64,000 nucleotides of DNA from Ostrea edulis (taxonomy: Eukaryota), in contig NC_079166.1 in the NCBI RefSeq assembly GCF_947568905.1, positions 63,426,001 to 63,490,000 of the forward strand, in the 5' to 3' direction. The first letter of the stretch is position 1. Every line of letters starts with the position of its first letter. Of this stretch, positions 1 to 13,328 are shown in pieces. The position numbers and the translations under genes were made by a program. The notes beneath the pieces are model-generated. The model was given only the letters and a program-made list of their open reading frames with translations, did no database searches and was not told where the DNA came from.

Positions 1-174
1 AGACACTAAACAGAACATGATAAAACGTGAGTGTGGATTATTCACCAGTGCTCGTATCAACGCATGGTCTATTAATGTCTAGAAATGATACAAGTATTAG
101 AGCACTTGGCCCATATGATAGCCAAGTCAATGATATGTATGAGGTTTTTCACAGTTCATTATGAAAAGATGAGA

Positions 175-690
175 TTTCATAATCCCTATAAAGAATAGAA
201 CATTAAGTACAGAGAAACTGCGGGACACCTGAACATTCCAGAGGTGGGATCAGGTGCCTAACCAGGTAACATCGCCTGTTGATTGGTTACACCCGCCGCA
301 AGCCCTATATATTTATACACCAGGTGAACGAAGTAGTCAGTAGTCAAAATCAATGTGTAAGGAATGATCTAACTATTGGACAACATTTGACCCAATGGCG
401 GATTGTATTCACAAATCAGATCGTTAAAACGATTATAGAATTTACAAAATGTTTACTTTAGATGAGAATGTTGAAACTCCTGTAACATTAACTTTCTTGT
501 CGGTAACCTGTCTATTATAAAACTGATTATATGCGGGACATGCTCTTGCGTATTGAATCGAGAGAGGTATACAGGTGATAATGGAATATTGCCACACGAC
601 TATGGTACGTTGCCGATGGAGAAGCTGAATTCACCCTGATTGTCATAAAGTTGAGTTGTTAGTTTCCCTACAACATCCATTTTCTATAAA
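175..690 (-). mobile_element. Naiad-type Penelope-like element, degenerate RT-thumb and 3' tail fragment
   Basis: Reverse complement resembles the 3' part of the long copy at 7878-10077 (gtgggatcaggtgcct..., gagaagctgaa...gtcataaagttgagttgttagttt). Confidence 0.7.
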
Positions 691-859
691 ATATCTGAAA
701 ACGAAGCAATTCATGACGAATGTGGTGCGTTTTTTTTATTTTTAGTTCGCAGGGATTTATCAAATCGACATGTGAATGAACATGATTATTGTTAATGGAT
801 AAAACATCGTCGATAAATCTAAATGTCGTGTTGAAGGCCACAGCAAGATGTGTGTTTCA

Positions 860-1500
860 TGAAAGGCGAAGATAACGAACAGTGATCTATCTCATAACTC
901 CTATAAGCAATTCAAAACAGAGAGTTGGGTAAACACTTACCCCTGGACATACAGGGATCAGGTGCCTGGGAGTATCGAACACCCCTTGTCGACCGGTCAC
1001 GCCCGCCGTGAGAACGATATCTTGATTAGTTAAACGGAGTTATCCGTAGTCAAAATCAGTGTGCCAAAAACGGTCTAACAATGGGCATGAAACACGTCAG
1101 ACAGAATAAATTCTGCACCTTAAGAATCTAAAACAGGTCACCTAGTAAGGAACACAATTCGTGTTCATGGTATTTTCAACAGACTTTTGAAAGAGATCAC
1201 CAGAGACTATGACGGTATTGTCAATGAGGAACTCTAGCATCTCTTTAACATCAACTTCAGAGTACGTTTGCGTAGCATCGCAGTGGTGTTTAAAACGTAA
1301 AGTTGTGGATGTTTTGGCACAAGGTGTTTTGTGATCTTCACTCTTTGAATAGCAAAATTTAAGAAAAGAAAAGATGTTTTTCTTTTGTTCTCTCTCACTA
1401 CTCTCTCCCAAATATTTACCTGTCTTCCCGACTGATAAACTTTTAACTGCTTCAGTACCGGTTAGGTAAACGAGGAATACACCCGTTACAAATGAAATCT
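860..1500 (-). mobile_element. Naiad 3' tail (860-1110) plus degenerate RT fragment (1141-1500)
   Basis: tgaaaggcgaagataacgaacagtgatc is the reverse complement of the family 3' end. ORF 1142-1411 contains TYSEVDVKEMLEFLIDN, matching KYTEVEIKNMLEFLIDN of the long copy. Confidence 0.8.
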
Positions 1501-3690
1501 GTTGGAAAACGAATAGAAGCTTTATTATTAATCTGATATGAAAAATATACTTACTAAAAACTCTATGCTTTGTGTCGATCTATGGAATATACGAACAAGG
1601 CATACATTTTTCTTTCTATTCCTATCGCAAATAAGTTTTAAAGTGACCAAATTATGAAAGTCTCCCATCACAAAAACCTGGAAAGTCAGAGTTTATTTCT
1701 CATTTTCATACTGTTTTAGCCAGTCATCAAAAGTCAATAGCATTCAATATAAATTACAGCATTGGACATTTTGATGTCATTGATTTCAGTTATTGAAAAC
1801 ACGTGAGGACATCAATACGTATTGATTATTATTGAGTGCGTATCCTGAAATATTCATTCCGGTCCGATGTGGTTTCACATCAAGACAGACTGAACCTGTG
1901 CATAATTGTACCCCCATTCGGCCCACGTTCGTCCTTTTCTGTAACCGAAATGAAGACTCCGATGTGGATCTAAGTAAAAACTCGAGTCTTTGTTTATATA
2001 ACACATATGTAGGGCTAAAATAAAGTTTTTACTTTCGCATTCAGAAGGTCAAAAGTTTGGTTGTCAACATTAAAAGAGTTATATTTTTGATATTTAACAT
2101 CAAAAAATCATATAGGGAGTGTAAATTTATGTTTGATATTGTTTAGATTTATGCATTACATCATTAATATCAACTACTTTTGATGAAACGTACCTGCGCC
2201 ACAACTATTCATTTTCTAACTCAAATGAGACGAAATAAATGAAATACATGTATGTAATTGAATGTACATATCGCTTACCTTTAGACAGTGCATGTTGATT
2301 TCGTGCAGCAAGGAATGACAACGCTATCGGAGGTGCATGTATTTGTATCATTATGAACTGTCAATTTTACACACGTTGGTAGTTTACTCCACCCACAAGT
2401 TAATCTAGTCATGAAATATTTTGACCTGCAATCTGCTAGAAGACAAATGATACATATCAAGCTGAACATAGTATCAGGATCTTTATAACATTAAAGGTAA
2501 CAAATCTATCATAAACCACATTCCCTTCCAAAAAGAACTTTGTTATGTTTTAGTTTTGCTATAATCAGAGGAGGTTTGACCACCAGTCTCTTGTATCCAA
2601 GGTGCCAATACCAAAATCGTAATCTTTGTATGACATTACACAATGCATTATTTTTTTTTTTAAAACAAACTATTTTATTAACCCTTCGGTAGCATCAGAG
2701 GGCATCAGAAACCTGACAAGCTGTAAATAATCTCTTAATTAGAAATTTTGAATATTTATAACATTACTTCTCTGTGAATTCGTCTAAAAATACACCAAAG
2801 AACAGGTCCAGGAGGATTTGTCAAAATACTATATACTGTACAGACGAAAATATACAGAATCAATGCTAAACACCCTCTGAATTCAAAGCCGGGCCTCCAA
2901 GGTTTTGTCCTTTTAGTTAATTTTAAAAGGTACTAAAATATTGTTATCACTAGTTAAGTCAGTTTATACACAGAAACGTTTTTATAGATAATCATGGCAA
3001 AGGTTAATGAGAATGAAGATTTTTATATTTTGTCGTTGAAACTAGAAAATCTTAATAAGATTTTATCCCAGATATCAAATATTGCTAAATAAGATAAAAG
3101 CTTTTTTAAAAACGAAGCTACATATACGAAGCAGTTTTCTTCTCTCTCTTTCCTTAATTTCGCTACTATATGGAAATATGATCTATCTTATGCGCTCAAA
3201 CCAACTCTGATTAGCAAGTGATACCGATATTGAGACTGACACTGACGGTGATTTACAAAATCCGTTGTACGTATCGTATTCATTTGTGCATAGCAGAAAC
3301 AAAATTATAAAGATTTTAGAATTTTTAAAAGGGTCTCAGTGACCAACGATAATATTATTGAAAATCGAAATTGATTCAAATAGTAGTTTATGATATTGTT
3401 TACACCACGCTTCAATTTTTAGGGAAAACCTATCAGTGATCAAGCACCGGAAGGTATGAATGTTGCATGTAATTGTAATCGGATAAAAAAGCAACACTAT
3501 ATTCTAAACAATTGAATTTCACCTCGGCCAGTTTGACAAACATGTGATGAAAGGTACCACACGTATGGTATGTATAGGCATATGAAGTAACTGAACTACC
3601 TGTTATTTTCAGTAAAATATTTTAATAGTCTAACTGCATCCCAAAAATACAATACATATTGAGTATTTTACCCTTTCTTTCATTATATGT

Positions 3691-3693
<3 letters not shown>

Positions 3694-3730
<37 letters not shown>
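3694..3730. repeat. (GA)n microsatellite
   Basis: Perfect GA dinucleotide run. Confidence 0.95.
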
Positions 3731-3734
<4 letters not shown>

Positions 3735-3883
3735 AGCTTTTTGTCTGATCCACTTATCAGTCTCAATCATTTCATGTAAAGCAATTGTTTTCTGTTAACA
3801 GTACATAATTAAAGCAAGTCCCATATATTCTGATAGTATTTCTCATATTCATTGTTATTTCGGATTTCAAATATTTCGGTTGA

Positions 3884-3927
3884 GCATCACTGAAGAGACA
3901 TTATTTGTCGAAATGCGCATCTGGTGC
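3884..3927 (+). ncRNA. Minimal type I hammerhead ribozyme of the Penelope-like-element type
   Basis: Stem I gcatca/tggtgc; core CTGAAGA (3890-3896); stem II gaca-ttatt-tgtc; GAA (3910-3912); palindromic stem III atgcgcat; AUC cleavage triplet with C17 at 3921. Lies in a ~100-bp repeat-like segment (about 3860-3960). Confidence 0.75.
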
Positions 3928-4039
3928 ATCAAAATTGGTACCGTATAAGTTTTACATTAAGTATATTTACAGCTTTTTAGCAGCAGGGATGTTTCGATAT
4001 AGAATCTATCAATAATATGTTTTTTCACAGCACAAACAT

Positions 4040-4380
4040 TTAGTTTTGGAGCCATGTTTACCTACTTGTAAATACAATGTATGTAATACTTGACAATACG
4101 TGTTAGTAACTGTACTTTGTATAAGTTTCTTTTATTGTATTTGCCAGATAATATGGCATGTCTATCACATATAATTGGTTTACAAAAATTATCTTCAATT
4201 GCACACCAGATCTTTACTTCAAAACATTCTACAAACAAGTGATCAATTGTTTCTATCTTACTTTTGCAAAATGTACAAATGGGGGAGATTATTAATTTAA
4301 GCTTTAAAAGATAATTATTGGTATGACCTATTCTATGAAATATTTGCAATTGTAACCATTGAAACTTTTACTCTTTTGTT
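4040..4380 (-). mobile_element. L1/Tx1-like LINE 3' fragment (zf-RVT / CCHC region)
   Basis: ORF 4062-4349: FHRIGHTNNYLLKLKL..SPICTFCKSKIETIDHLFVEC, the characteristic post-RT C-x2-C-x8-H-x4-C motif. Confidence 0.7.
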
Positions 4381-4387
4381 ACCTTAA

Positions 4388-4894
4388 AGGGGCTGGTTCA
4401 CGATTTTTGAACAAAATAGTTTTTTTATTTCTGACGTTAAATATTGAAAGTATAACTCATTTAATGTTGACAACCAAACTTTTGACCTTCTGAATGCAAG
4501 GATAAAAGCTATATTTTAGCCTTCAATATGTGTTACGTAAACAAAGACTCGAGTCTTTTTATGTACACAAACAAACAAGTGAAATATTAATTTTGTAATA
4601 AAAAGAATCTTAATTTTGCATAGTCGCAAATTTTAAATTTTAGATGTCACATTTTACCCGAAGAATGCTTGAAATGTGAAAGATATAATAAACTTAGATC
4701 GATATCCATTTCTTTTGAAAATTTCGTAAACAATAACATACCACAATCTTTGTTTACAAAACAAATAATGAACTCTTCTGTGATAATGCATAACCTTATT
4801 TTTTATGTGAAATCTTTTAAACATATTAGACAGTAGATATTGATCATTAAAAGTGAAAAATAAAATTTTGGGGGAAATCATGAATCAGTCCCTT
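4388..4894. mobile_element. Non-autonomous TIR element with TTAA target duplication (Kolobok-like MITE)
   Basis: TTAA at 4384-4387 and 4895-4898; TIRs aggggctggttcacgattt / aaatcatgaatcagtcccct. A fragment of the same family lies inverted at about 1975-2110. Confidence 0.7.
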
Positions 4895-7877
4895 TAAAGT
4901 GAAGCTCAAAAAATTTATTCCATTCTACAAGTAGAAATTCTTCATTAATAAATACAAAATTAAGAGTAGGGTAAACGCTGATGCCAGGACACACCAGAAA
5001 ATGACCATGCACAGCTAGATTTAATTTTACAAGTTCGTATGCTGCATTCAAACAGCATTGCACTAGAACTTGTACTTTTATCCTTAAAAACGTTAAAACA
5101 TATTGATGTTGAATTTCGATCATTTAACTAAGTGATTACAGCGAAAATAAGCTCAACAGACGGCTATCTACAGAAAAATCCGAATCTTTAGTTATTAAAT
5201 TTCATTTATTTTATAGCAGCATATAGCGATGGGGAAGTAGTCAATCATTAAAGTCGTGTTTTGGAAGATTTGGTGAGTGAAAAACATTTGCTTAATTGAA
5301 TTTTAATCAATGTGCATACGTTTTTACAGTAATTTTGGTACATCAGCAAGCATATGTTGCATTCTATGTAATGCTTAAACCCAGAAACGTATCTCAATGA
5401 GAAATTGTCACTACTTCTACAAATTTAATCGATCTTTAGTGTTACCAGATAACAAAGATGCAATTACATGTACATGTATGCATAACTAATTATCGGTAGT
5501 TTAATTCAAAAGATGCACACGCGATAATTTAATAATATTATAAATTATATACAAATTATTATTATTATTATTATATATAATCTTAAAGATAGGCTTTAAT
5601 CATTCGGTGTAATTCAGCATGTCTCTTCGTATGTAGTATCCGTGATCAATATTTGATGAAAATAGTTAATTAATCTTGTCATATAACGTTCTTCTGAGTT
5701 GGATGTTTGTCACGACAAACCGTGACATTGGACCTATACTGTCAGACACAATTTTATATAAACATTTTGAATGCAATTAACGACATTATAAAGTTTTTTT
5801 TTTATCAAAAGTGGATCAAGTCTTGAATGGTTGAAGATACCGAGTTGATGTTTGAAGCAATATGCAAGTTTGTAAATGAAATTTGCATCTTCAGAATAGA
5901 AAGCAGATTATCTAATAAATGTGATGATTCCGTGTTCAATGGACTTCCAACATACTAGTGTAAAGCCTGATGTCCAAACACTAAATAGATACATATATTA
6001 TCAATGAGAAACCAGGAAATCATTTTCATCTCAACTGCAGAATACATGTGCATTGAATTAATATGGCTTTTAACAAGTTATTTATTTGCATGACAGATAC
6101 ATAGGATTTCCCATGGTTTGTGGTTTGATATGATTTATATTCAACGAGGTATGTCTTTTCTCCAAGCTTTGAGGAGGGAATAGAAAACACCTAACGAGTT
6201 GATTATCAATCAAATCAAACCATAAACCAAAGAATAGTAGTTAAGATAATGATGATAATAATATTGTTTATCACTATTGCCCAAATCTCAGTTTTGCATT
6301 CCGTAGAGAAATCACGAGAATGATCACCGTTCGTTTCACCAGCGAAATACTGAAATTTGTCAATATAATATTCATTGATACTTTCACAGTTGTTAGTAAA
6401 TATAAGTAAAATGTTATTTTCGCAGAGGGAAAGTAACAAAAGTGTTCTTTTTACAATGTGAAAATGATAACCAAGACTAGCTGCGAAATATTTCTTCATG
6501 TTCCAATAACAGAATTAACGTTATCTTAGTGTTCAAATGTATTTATTTTCATATAGTTTGCATATGTTAAGGTACTACATTCTCTGCGCAATATTGATTT
6601 GAACGTCAATACAGGGACAACTCAAAGTGCTATTATAAGGAAAAATAAAATATAATGTAATTAACTGAAAATTCAATGTTTCGCTGTTGTAGATTTCATT
6701 TCACCTGCGAGACAGCATTTTTTATATTTTCTCTCCTGCTTCGCACTCGTAAAAAGATAAAAAACAAAACAAAAGACCCATAGGCCACATCGCTCACCTA
6801 AGTCACCTTGGTCCATATTAGAAGACTTTCCATATATATTTGCATGTAAAGCCGTATTCCCTGTTATGGCCCCAACCTACCCCTGGAGGCCATGGTTTTT
6901 GCAAACTTCAATTTACACTATGTCGGAAAGCTTTCATGTAAATGTGAACTTCTCTCGGCCAATGGTTCTTGAGAAGATTTTTAAAGATTTTTCCTATATA
7001 TTTGTATGTAAAACTTTGATCTCCCCTCTTGTGGCCCCATCCGAGCCCCGGGGACCATGATTTTAACAAACTTGAATCTGCACTATGTCAGGAAGCTTTC
7101 ATATAAATCTCAGCTTTTCTGGCTCACTGATTCTTGAGAAGAAGATTTTTAAAGATTTCCCTTATATATTTGTATGTAAAACTTTGATCCCCTATTGTGA
7201 CCCCATCCGACCCCCGGGGGCCAGGACTTGAATCTACATTATGTCAGAAAGCTTTCATGTAAATATCAGCTTTTCTGGCTCAGTGGTTCTTGAGTAGAAG
7301 ATTTTTAAAGATTTTCTCAATTTATTTGTATGTAAAACTTTGATCCACTATTGTGCCCCCATCCGACTCCCGTGGACCATCATTTTAACAAACTTAAATC
7401 TGCACTATATCAGGAAGCTTTCATGTAAATATCAGCTTTTCTGGCTTAGTGGTTGTTGAAAAGATTTTTAAAGATTTTCCCTATATATTTGTATGTAAAA
7501 CTTTGACACCTCCCTTGTGGCCCCATCCGAGCCCAGGAGGCCATGATTTGAACAAATTTGAATCTTCACTGTGTCAGAAAACATTCATGTAAATATCAGC
7601 TTTTCTGACTCAGTGGTTCTTAAAAAGAAGATTTCAAAAGATTTTTCCTATATATTTGTATGTAAAACCTTCCCCTATTGTAGCTCCATCCAACCCTCGG
7701 GGGGGGGGGGGGGGGGGGCATGATTTTAACAATTTAGAATCTGCATTACCAAATAAAGCTTATCTATAAATTTCATCTTTTCTGACTCCGTGGTTCTTGA
7801 GAAGATGATTTTTAATTACCCTACACTATTTTTTATCTTTTCTTGATTATCTCTCCTTGGAAGGTGGCCTGGTCCTT

Positions 7878-10077
7878 TAGCACGGACCCTGGATGATATT
7901 CCTTCCAAATCATGCCGTCAGTTCCTTAAGCTCAAATTTACAAACAAAGGAATAGATGCCGTCAACATAAGCAACATTCTTCGTCATAAAAGGGTTCAGT
8001 CGTGTATTCCAACTTATTTCAAGTTCAAGTCTACACCCTGTATTTCCTACAGCTATACTTCTACTATTGCATCCAAACTTTTTAATTATAAACAAACTTT
8101 GCAGTGCTTAAATATAGACCATCTTATACGTAATCCACCAACATGTTCTTGTTCTTCATCTTCTTTCAACTACAGTCCAGCTGGATATGTCATTACTGGT
8201 GATGTTAATATAGTTGAAAATGAGGACCTCAAATCACTTATTCTTAAAGGTCCTAAATACAGAGAACCTCGGTCTTTTAATTGGCGACAGAACTTCATCT
8301 CTATTATGAGTTCTGTCGAAGATTATGCCAGACGATGGGCTAAATATGAAAAAGAACTTGATACATTGTCAGAATGGGTTAAAAGCATAAGAGGGATATT
8401 AAAATCCCGCATTAGACACATGAAAACAAAAGTACGTACCATCTATCCTTCTGTGTTTAGTAAACCAGAAGTGATAAAAGAATTAGATAGGTTACATGAG
8501 GAATATGTTTTGGTTCCAGCTGACAAAGCTAGTAACAACATTGTCTTTGTTTATAAGGCTCATTATTACAACTGTATTTTAAACGAAATTGGCATTAATT
8601 CCACTTTTGGTAATCATACTTATACTCCAACTGCCCTTTCAAAAGACGAAATTCTTCAAAACCATGCTTCAGTTTTAGACACATTTAATATTCCAGTCAA
8701 TGGGTCGAATGAATATGAGTTACCGTACCTATACTGGATTCCTAAACTACATAAAAACCCTTACAAACAAAGATACATTGCTGGATCCAGTAAGTGCTCT
8801 ACCAAGCCCCTATCTTTGCTCCTCATGAAAATATTAACAGCTGTGAAGTAGAAACTTAAAACTTACTGTACGACTACATATGCCAGAAGTGGTGTTAATC
8901 AAATGTGGATTCTAAAAAATTCTAAAGAACTTTTAGTAAACTTGAAATCACAGAATTTTTCCCAAATCAATAGCATTAAAACCTATGACTTTTCAACACT
9001 ATACACGACCATTCCTCACGATAAATTAAAGACTAGACTTTTTGACATCATAGACAGTTGCTTCTTCAACAAAAACGGAAAACGGAAATATTCATATCTA
9101 GTGATCAGTCATTCAAAAACTTACTTTGTTAAACACCACTCTGATTCCACGCACAAGTACACTGAAGTTGAAATAAAAAATATGCTGGAGTTCCTCATTG
9201 ACAATATCTTCGTGGTCTTTGGTGATCAGGTCTTCCAACAGTCTGTTGGAATTCCCATGGGAACGAATTGTGCTCCTTTGTTAGCTGACCTGTTTTTATA
9301 TTCATATGAAGCACAATTTATTCAAAAACTTCTACGTGAGAAGAAAAAATCTCTCGCTGTGACCATCAATTCGACTTTTAGATATATCGATGACGTTTTG
9401 TCTATTAATAATGATAGCTTTCATTCATATGTCGATTTGATATATCCCTGTGAGCTCGAAATAAAGGACACCACAGAGTCGTCCACTTCTGCTTCATACT
9501 TAGATATTTTATTGAAAGTAGACATTAACGGCAAACTAACAACTCAACTGTATGACAAACGGAATGATTTCAGCTTCTCCATCGTCAACTTCCCACATTT
9601 ATGTAGCAATATTCCATTATCACCTGCATATGGTGTTTATATATCTCAACTGATTCGATATGCAAGAGCTTGTTCTGGGTATAGTCAGTTTTTAAATCGA
9701 GGTAAGCTACTGACAAATAAGTTGATGGTACAGGGATTTCAACAGTCTCGATTGAAGTCAGCATTTCGCAAATTCTATGGTCGTTAAAACGATCTAGTTC
9801 ATCAATACAATCTCGCATTGGGTCAAATGCTGTCTGACGTGTTTCATACCGATTGTTAAGCCGTTCTTGGCACACTGATTTTGACGGATAACTCCGTTTA
9901 CCTGATCAGGATATGGGGCTCACGGCGGGTGTGACCGGTGAAAAGGGGATGCTTACTCCTCCTAGGCACCTGATCCCACCTCTGGTGTGTCCAGGGGTCC
10001 GTGTTTGCCCAACTATCTATTTTGTATTGCTTGTAGGAGTTATGAGATTGATCACTGTTCGTTATCTTCACCTTGCA
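7878..10077 (+). mobile_element. 5'-truncated Naiad-type Penelope-like retroelement
   Basis: Linker CxC motif (PPTCSC..GYVITGD, KGPKYREP) upstream of RT; no C-terminal GIY-YIG domain; 3' UTR ends ...gttatcttcaccttgca. HINE sequence resumes immediately on both sides. Confidence 0.88.
7880..9859 (+). pseudogene. Naiad reverse transcriptase ORF with two nonsense codons
   Basis: One frame from about 7880 (ARTLDDIPSKSCRQFLKL...) to TAA 9857-9859, broken only by TAG 8849-8851 and TAA 9785-9787. RT motifs YDFSTLYTTIPH, GIPMGTNCAPLLADLFL, FRYIDD. Confidence 0.88.
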
Positions 10078-10369
10078 TTTTAACAATTTAGAATTTCCAT
10101 TACCTAAGGATGCTTTGTGCCAACTTTGGTTGAAATTGGCCCAGTGATGTTTGAGAAGAAGTCAAAAGTGTTTAAAGTTTACAGACGGACAGACGGACAT
10201 ACGCCGGACTACGGGTGATCAGAAAAGCTCACTTGAGCTTTTAGCTCAGGTGAGCTAAAAATGATATCTCACAAGTGAAATAAACTTGATATCCTACAAA
10301 CAAAACATTAAATATCCTTTTATATTACATATTCCTGCTATAGAGAATAAAATTCAAGGGTGAAAATGA

Positions 10370-10725
10370 AAAGATGAAAATAACAAACAGTGATCAATCT
10401 CATAATTCCTATCAAGAATATAAAAATTAACTGTAGGACAAACACGGACCCATGGATATACCATAGTTGGGATCAGGTACCTAGGAGGAGTGGACACCCC
10501 CTGTCGACCGCTCGCATGCCTTATATTTATATCAGGTGAACGGAGTAATTCGTAGTCAAAATTCGTTTGTAAAGAGCAGTCTCGTAATTAGTATGAAAGA
10601 CGAAAGGCAGCATTTGACCCAACGACAGGTTGAAATGCTAAATCACAGCGTTATAATGACCATAAAATTTGCGAAACGCCGACTTCAAAGGAGACTGGTG
10701 AAACCATATGATAAATTCTTTTCTA
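10370..10725 (-). mobile_element. Diverged Naiad 3' end fragment
   Basis: aacagtgatcaatctcataattccta...gggatcaggtacctaggaggagt...ccctgtcgaccg matches the family tail in reverse. Confidence 0.75.
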
Positions 10726-11129
10726 TCCGTAATAGCTAAACTGACCTAGGTCAAAAGATCAAACACGATTGTGTCACAATGTCTTGTCATACTGAATCTA
10801 TATACAAAATATGAAAACCCCACCTAGAATAGCCACGGGCAAATCTGATAGGTTTTTCCCCCTTAAAAGTAGGTCAAACTCCTAATTGACGGCAACAAGG
10901 ACAAAGGTCATGATATGAAAAATCTTACCAATGGAAATATACAAAAATTGAAAGATCTAGCTTTAACAATTCAGGGTATATTGAATATATAGGATTTTTT
11001 CAAATCAAAAATATGTTAAACGCGCAGGTCAATGTCACAAGATCATTGAACTCTTTAAAAGTATCGTTTGAACTATTTAAGCTAGGGCTTTCATAGTTTG
11101 ATTATACAATCTTTCATGTGATGCGATGG

Positions 11130-11946
11130 TGTGAAATTTTGTTTCCCTGTTGTCGCTCTGTTGGACCATAATTTAAACAAATTTGAATCTATTCTATATC
11201 AAGAGGCGTTAACGTAATTTTTCATTCTTCTGGTTCAGTGATTTTTAAGAGGACGAGGTTTCAAGTTTTTCCCTATATATAAGCATGTTAAAGTTTGATA
11301 CCCTACCATGGACCCATTCTACACCTAGGGGCAATGATTTGAACAAACTTTAACCTGCTCAATATATGAAACATTTCCTGGAAATTTCAGAACTAGGTGT
11401 TCTTGTAAAGAGTAGTTTTAAAAAGTTGTCCTATACATCAGCATGTAAAATTTTAAACCCTTATTATGGCCCCACACTAACCCCAGAGACCATGGTTTTA
11501 GCAAAATGGAATCTACTATATACAATGCATCAGGAATCTGTCATGTAAATTTCAAGTTTTCTGAACCAGTGGTTCTCGAGAAGATTTTCAAAATATTGAC
11601 CTATACATCAGCATGTAAAATTGAGCCCCTATTGTGACCCCACCCACCCCTGGGAACCATCATTTAAATGAACATGAATCAGCACTATGTCAGAACGCTT
11701 TCTTGTACAATTCAACTTTTCTGGCACAAAGGTTCTTGAGAAGAATTTTTAAAAAGATCCCCCTATATATTCTCATGTTGAAATTTGGTGCCCTATTGTG
11801 CCCCATTACATTCCCTTAATCCAATGCTGATTTGTACCAAGTTTAAGATTTGTCCAGTAGTTCTGTAGAAGATGAAAATGTGCAAAATAACGGGCGGACA
11901 GGCAACGACAGACAAAAGGTGATCAGAAAAGCTCAGGTGTGCTAAA
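11130..11946 (+). mobile_element. Degenerate HINE with ~165-bp core monomers
   Basis: Degenerate monomers (gtggttcttgagaaga..., gccccac...) and the 3' end ggtgatcagaaaagctcaggtgtgctaaaa. Confidence 0.7.
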
Positions 11947-12330
11947 ACTCCGACATATTGCTATGTACACATTAAATCTTGATTTATTATTTTTTTTTTT
12001 TACCTAAAATTGACTATAATTTCAAAAGTTTAAGCAAATCTACATCCCTATTTTCTAACTTAGTATTTGTCAGTCAGCGATGTTTGTAAAAGATTCATTA
12101 AACATTCCACCCTATTCCAAAATACATTCCACTGAAAGAGAACACGTCAATTTATCCGAGTAAACCTTTATCTAGCGGCTGGTTTATGGACAGTCTAATT
12201 AAAGATGACCAACTGGTTCTTCAAAAGAAGCCGACGAAGGACTAAAAATAAAAAATGACAGACATAGGATGGACAACTTTCAATCAGGCAAGCTTACGTG
12301 AGCAACATTGTATCAACGAAATTGATATCA

Positions 12331-12500
12331 TGAAAGGTGAAGATAACGAACAGTGATCAATCTCATAACTCCTACAAGCAATACAAAATAAATAGTTGGG
12401 CAAACATGGACCCATGGACACACTAGAGGTGGGATCAGGTGCCTAAGAGGAGTAAGCATCCCCTGTCGACCGGTCACACCCGCCGTGAGCCATATATCTC
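12331..12500 (-). mobile_element. Solo Naiad 3' tail
   Basis: tgaaaggtgaagataacgaacagtgatcaatctcataactcc...cccgccgtgagcc is nearly identical to 9915-10077 in reverse. Confidence 0.85.
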
Positions 12501-12586
12501 GGGCATTTTTCCTTTCCACTATTTCAGAATTCTAAAACTGATTAATAGCTGAGTTCCAGGGAAACATTCTCTATAAAACAACACCC

Positions 12587-13328
12587 AAGTAGTTTATCAT
12601 AGTGTGTAAAATTAGTGTAACATAACAATTACAAAATACAAGTAGTTTATCATAGTGTGTAAAATTAGTGTAACATAACAATTACAAAATACAAGTTGTT
12701 TATCATAGTGTGTAAAATTAGTGTAACATAACAATTACAAAATACAAGTTGTTTATCATAGTGTGTAAAATTAGTGTAACATAACAATTACAAAATACAA
12801 GTAGTTTATCATAGTGTGTAAAATTAGTGTAACATAACAATTACAAAATACAAGTAGTTTATCATAGTGTGTAAAATTAGTGTAACATAACAATTACAAA
12901 ATACAAGTAGTTTATCATAGTGTGTAAAATTAGTGTAACATAACAATTACAAAATACATGTAGTTTATCATAGTGTGTAAAATTAGTGTAACATAACAAT
13001 TACAAAATACAAGTAGTTTATCATAGTGTGTAAAATTAGTGTAACATAACAATTACAAAATACAAGTAGTTTATCATGGTGTGGAAAATTAGTGTAACAT
13101 AACAATTACAAAATACAAGTAGTTTATCATGGTGTGTAAAATTAGTGTAACATAACAATTACAAAATACAAGTAGTTTATCATAGTGTGGAAAATTAGTG
13201 TAACATAACAATTACAAAATACAAGTAGTTTATCATAGTGTGTAAAATTAGTGTAACATAACAATTACAAAATACAAGTAGTTTATCATAGTGTGTAAAA
13301 TTAGTGTAACATAACAATTACAAAATAC
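12587..13328. repeat. 53-bp minisatellite, 14 copies
   Basis: Unit aagtagtttatcatagtgtgtaaaattagtgtaacataacaattacaaaatac; 742 bp = 14 x 53, with few variants. Confidence 0.95.

Larger units (their letters stand above)
6768..10260 (+). mobile_element. Helentron-associated non-autonomous element (HINE) with ~6 satellite-like ~160-167-bp core repeats, interrupted by a Naiad
   Basis: 5' segment ggccacatcgctcacct; tandem monomers containing aagctttcatgtaaat (about 6820-7800); gacggacagacggac microsatellite; 3' hairpin aagctcacttgagcttttagctcaggtgagct ending at 10260. Resembles oyster Cg170/HindIII-satellite HINEs. Confidence 0.85.

Noticed and set aside
2281-2469. 62-aa Cys-rich ORF with a hydrophobic N-terminus as a defensin-like peptide
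   Set aside because: Cys spacing fits no defensin pattern I know. A splice-donor-like site follows the stop, and no partner exons were found.
6215-6499. ORF ending in a hydrophobic run as a membrane-protein exon
   Set aside because: The Ile/Asn run is explained by AT-rich ATT/AAT low complexity; no recognisable domain or partner exons.
7880-9859. Selenoprotein-encoding Naiad (in-frame stops read as Sec)
   Set aside because: The two in-frame stops are TAG and TAA, not TGA; they are ordinary nonsense mutations.
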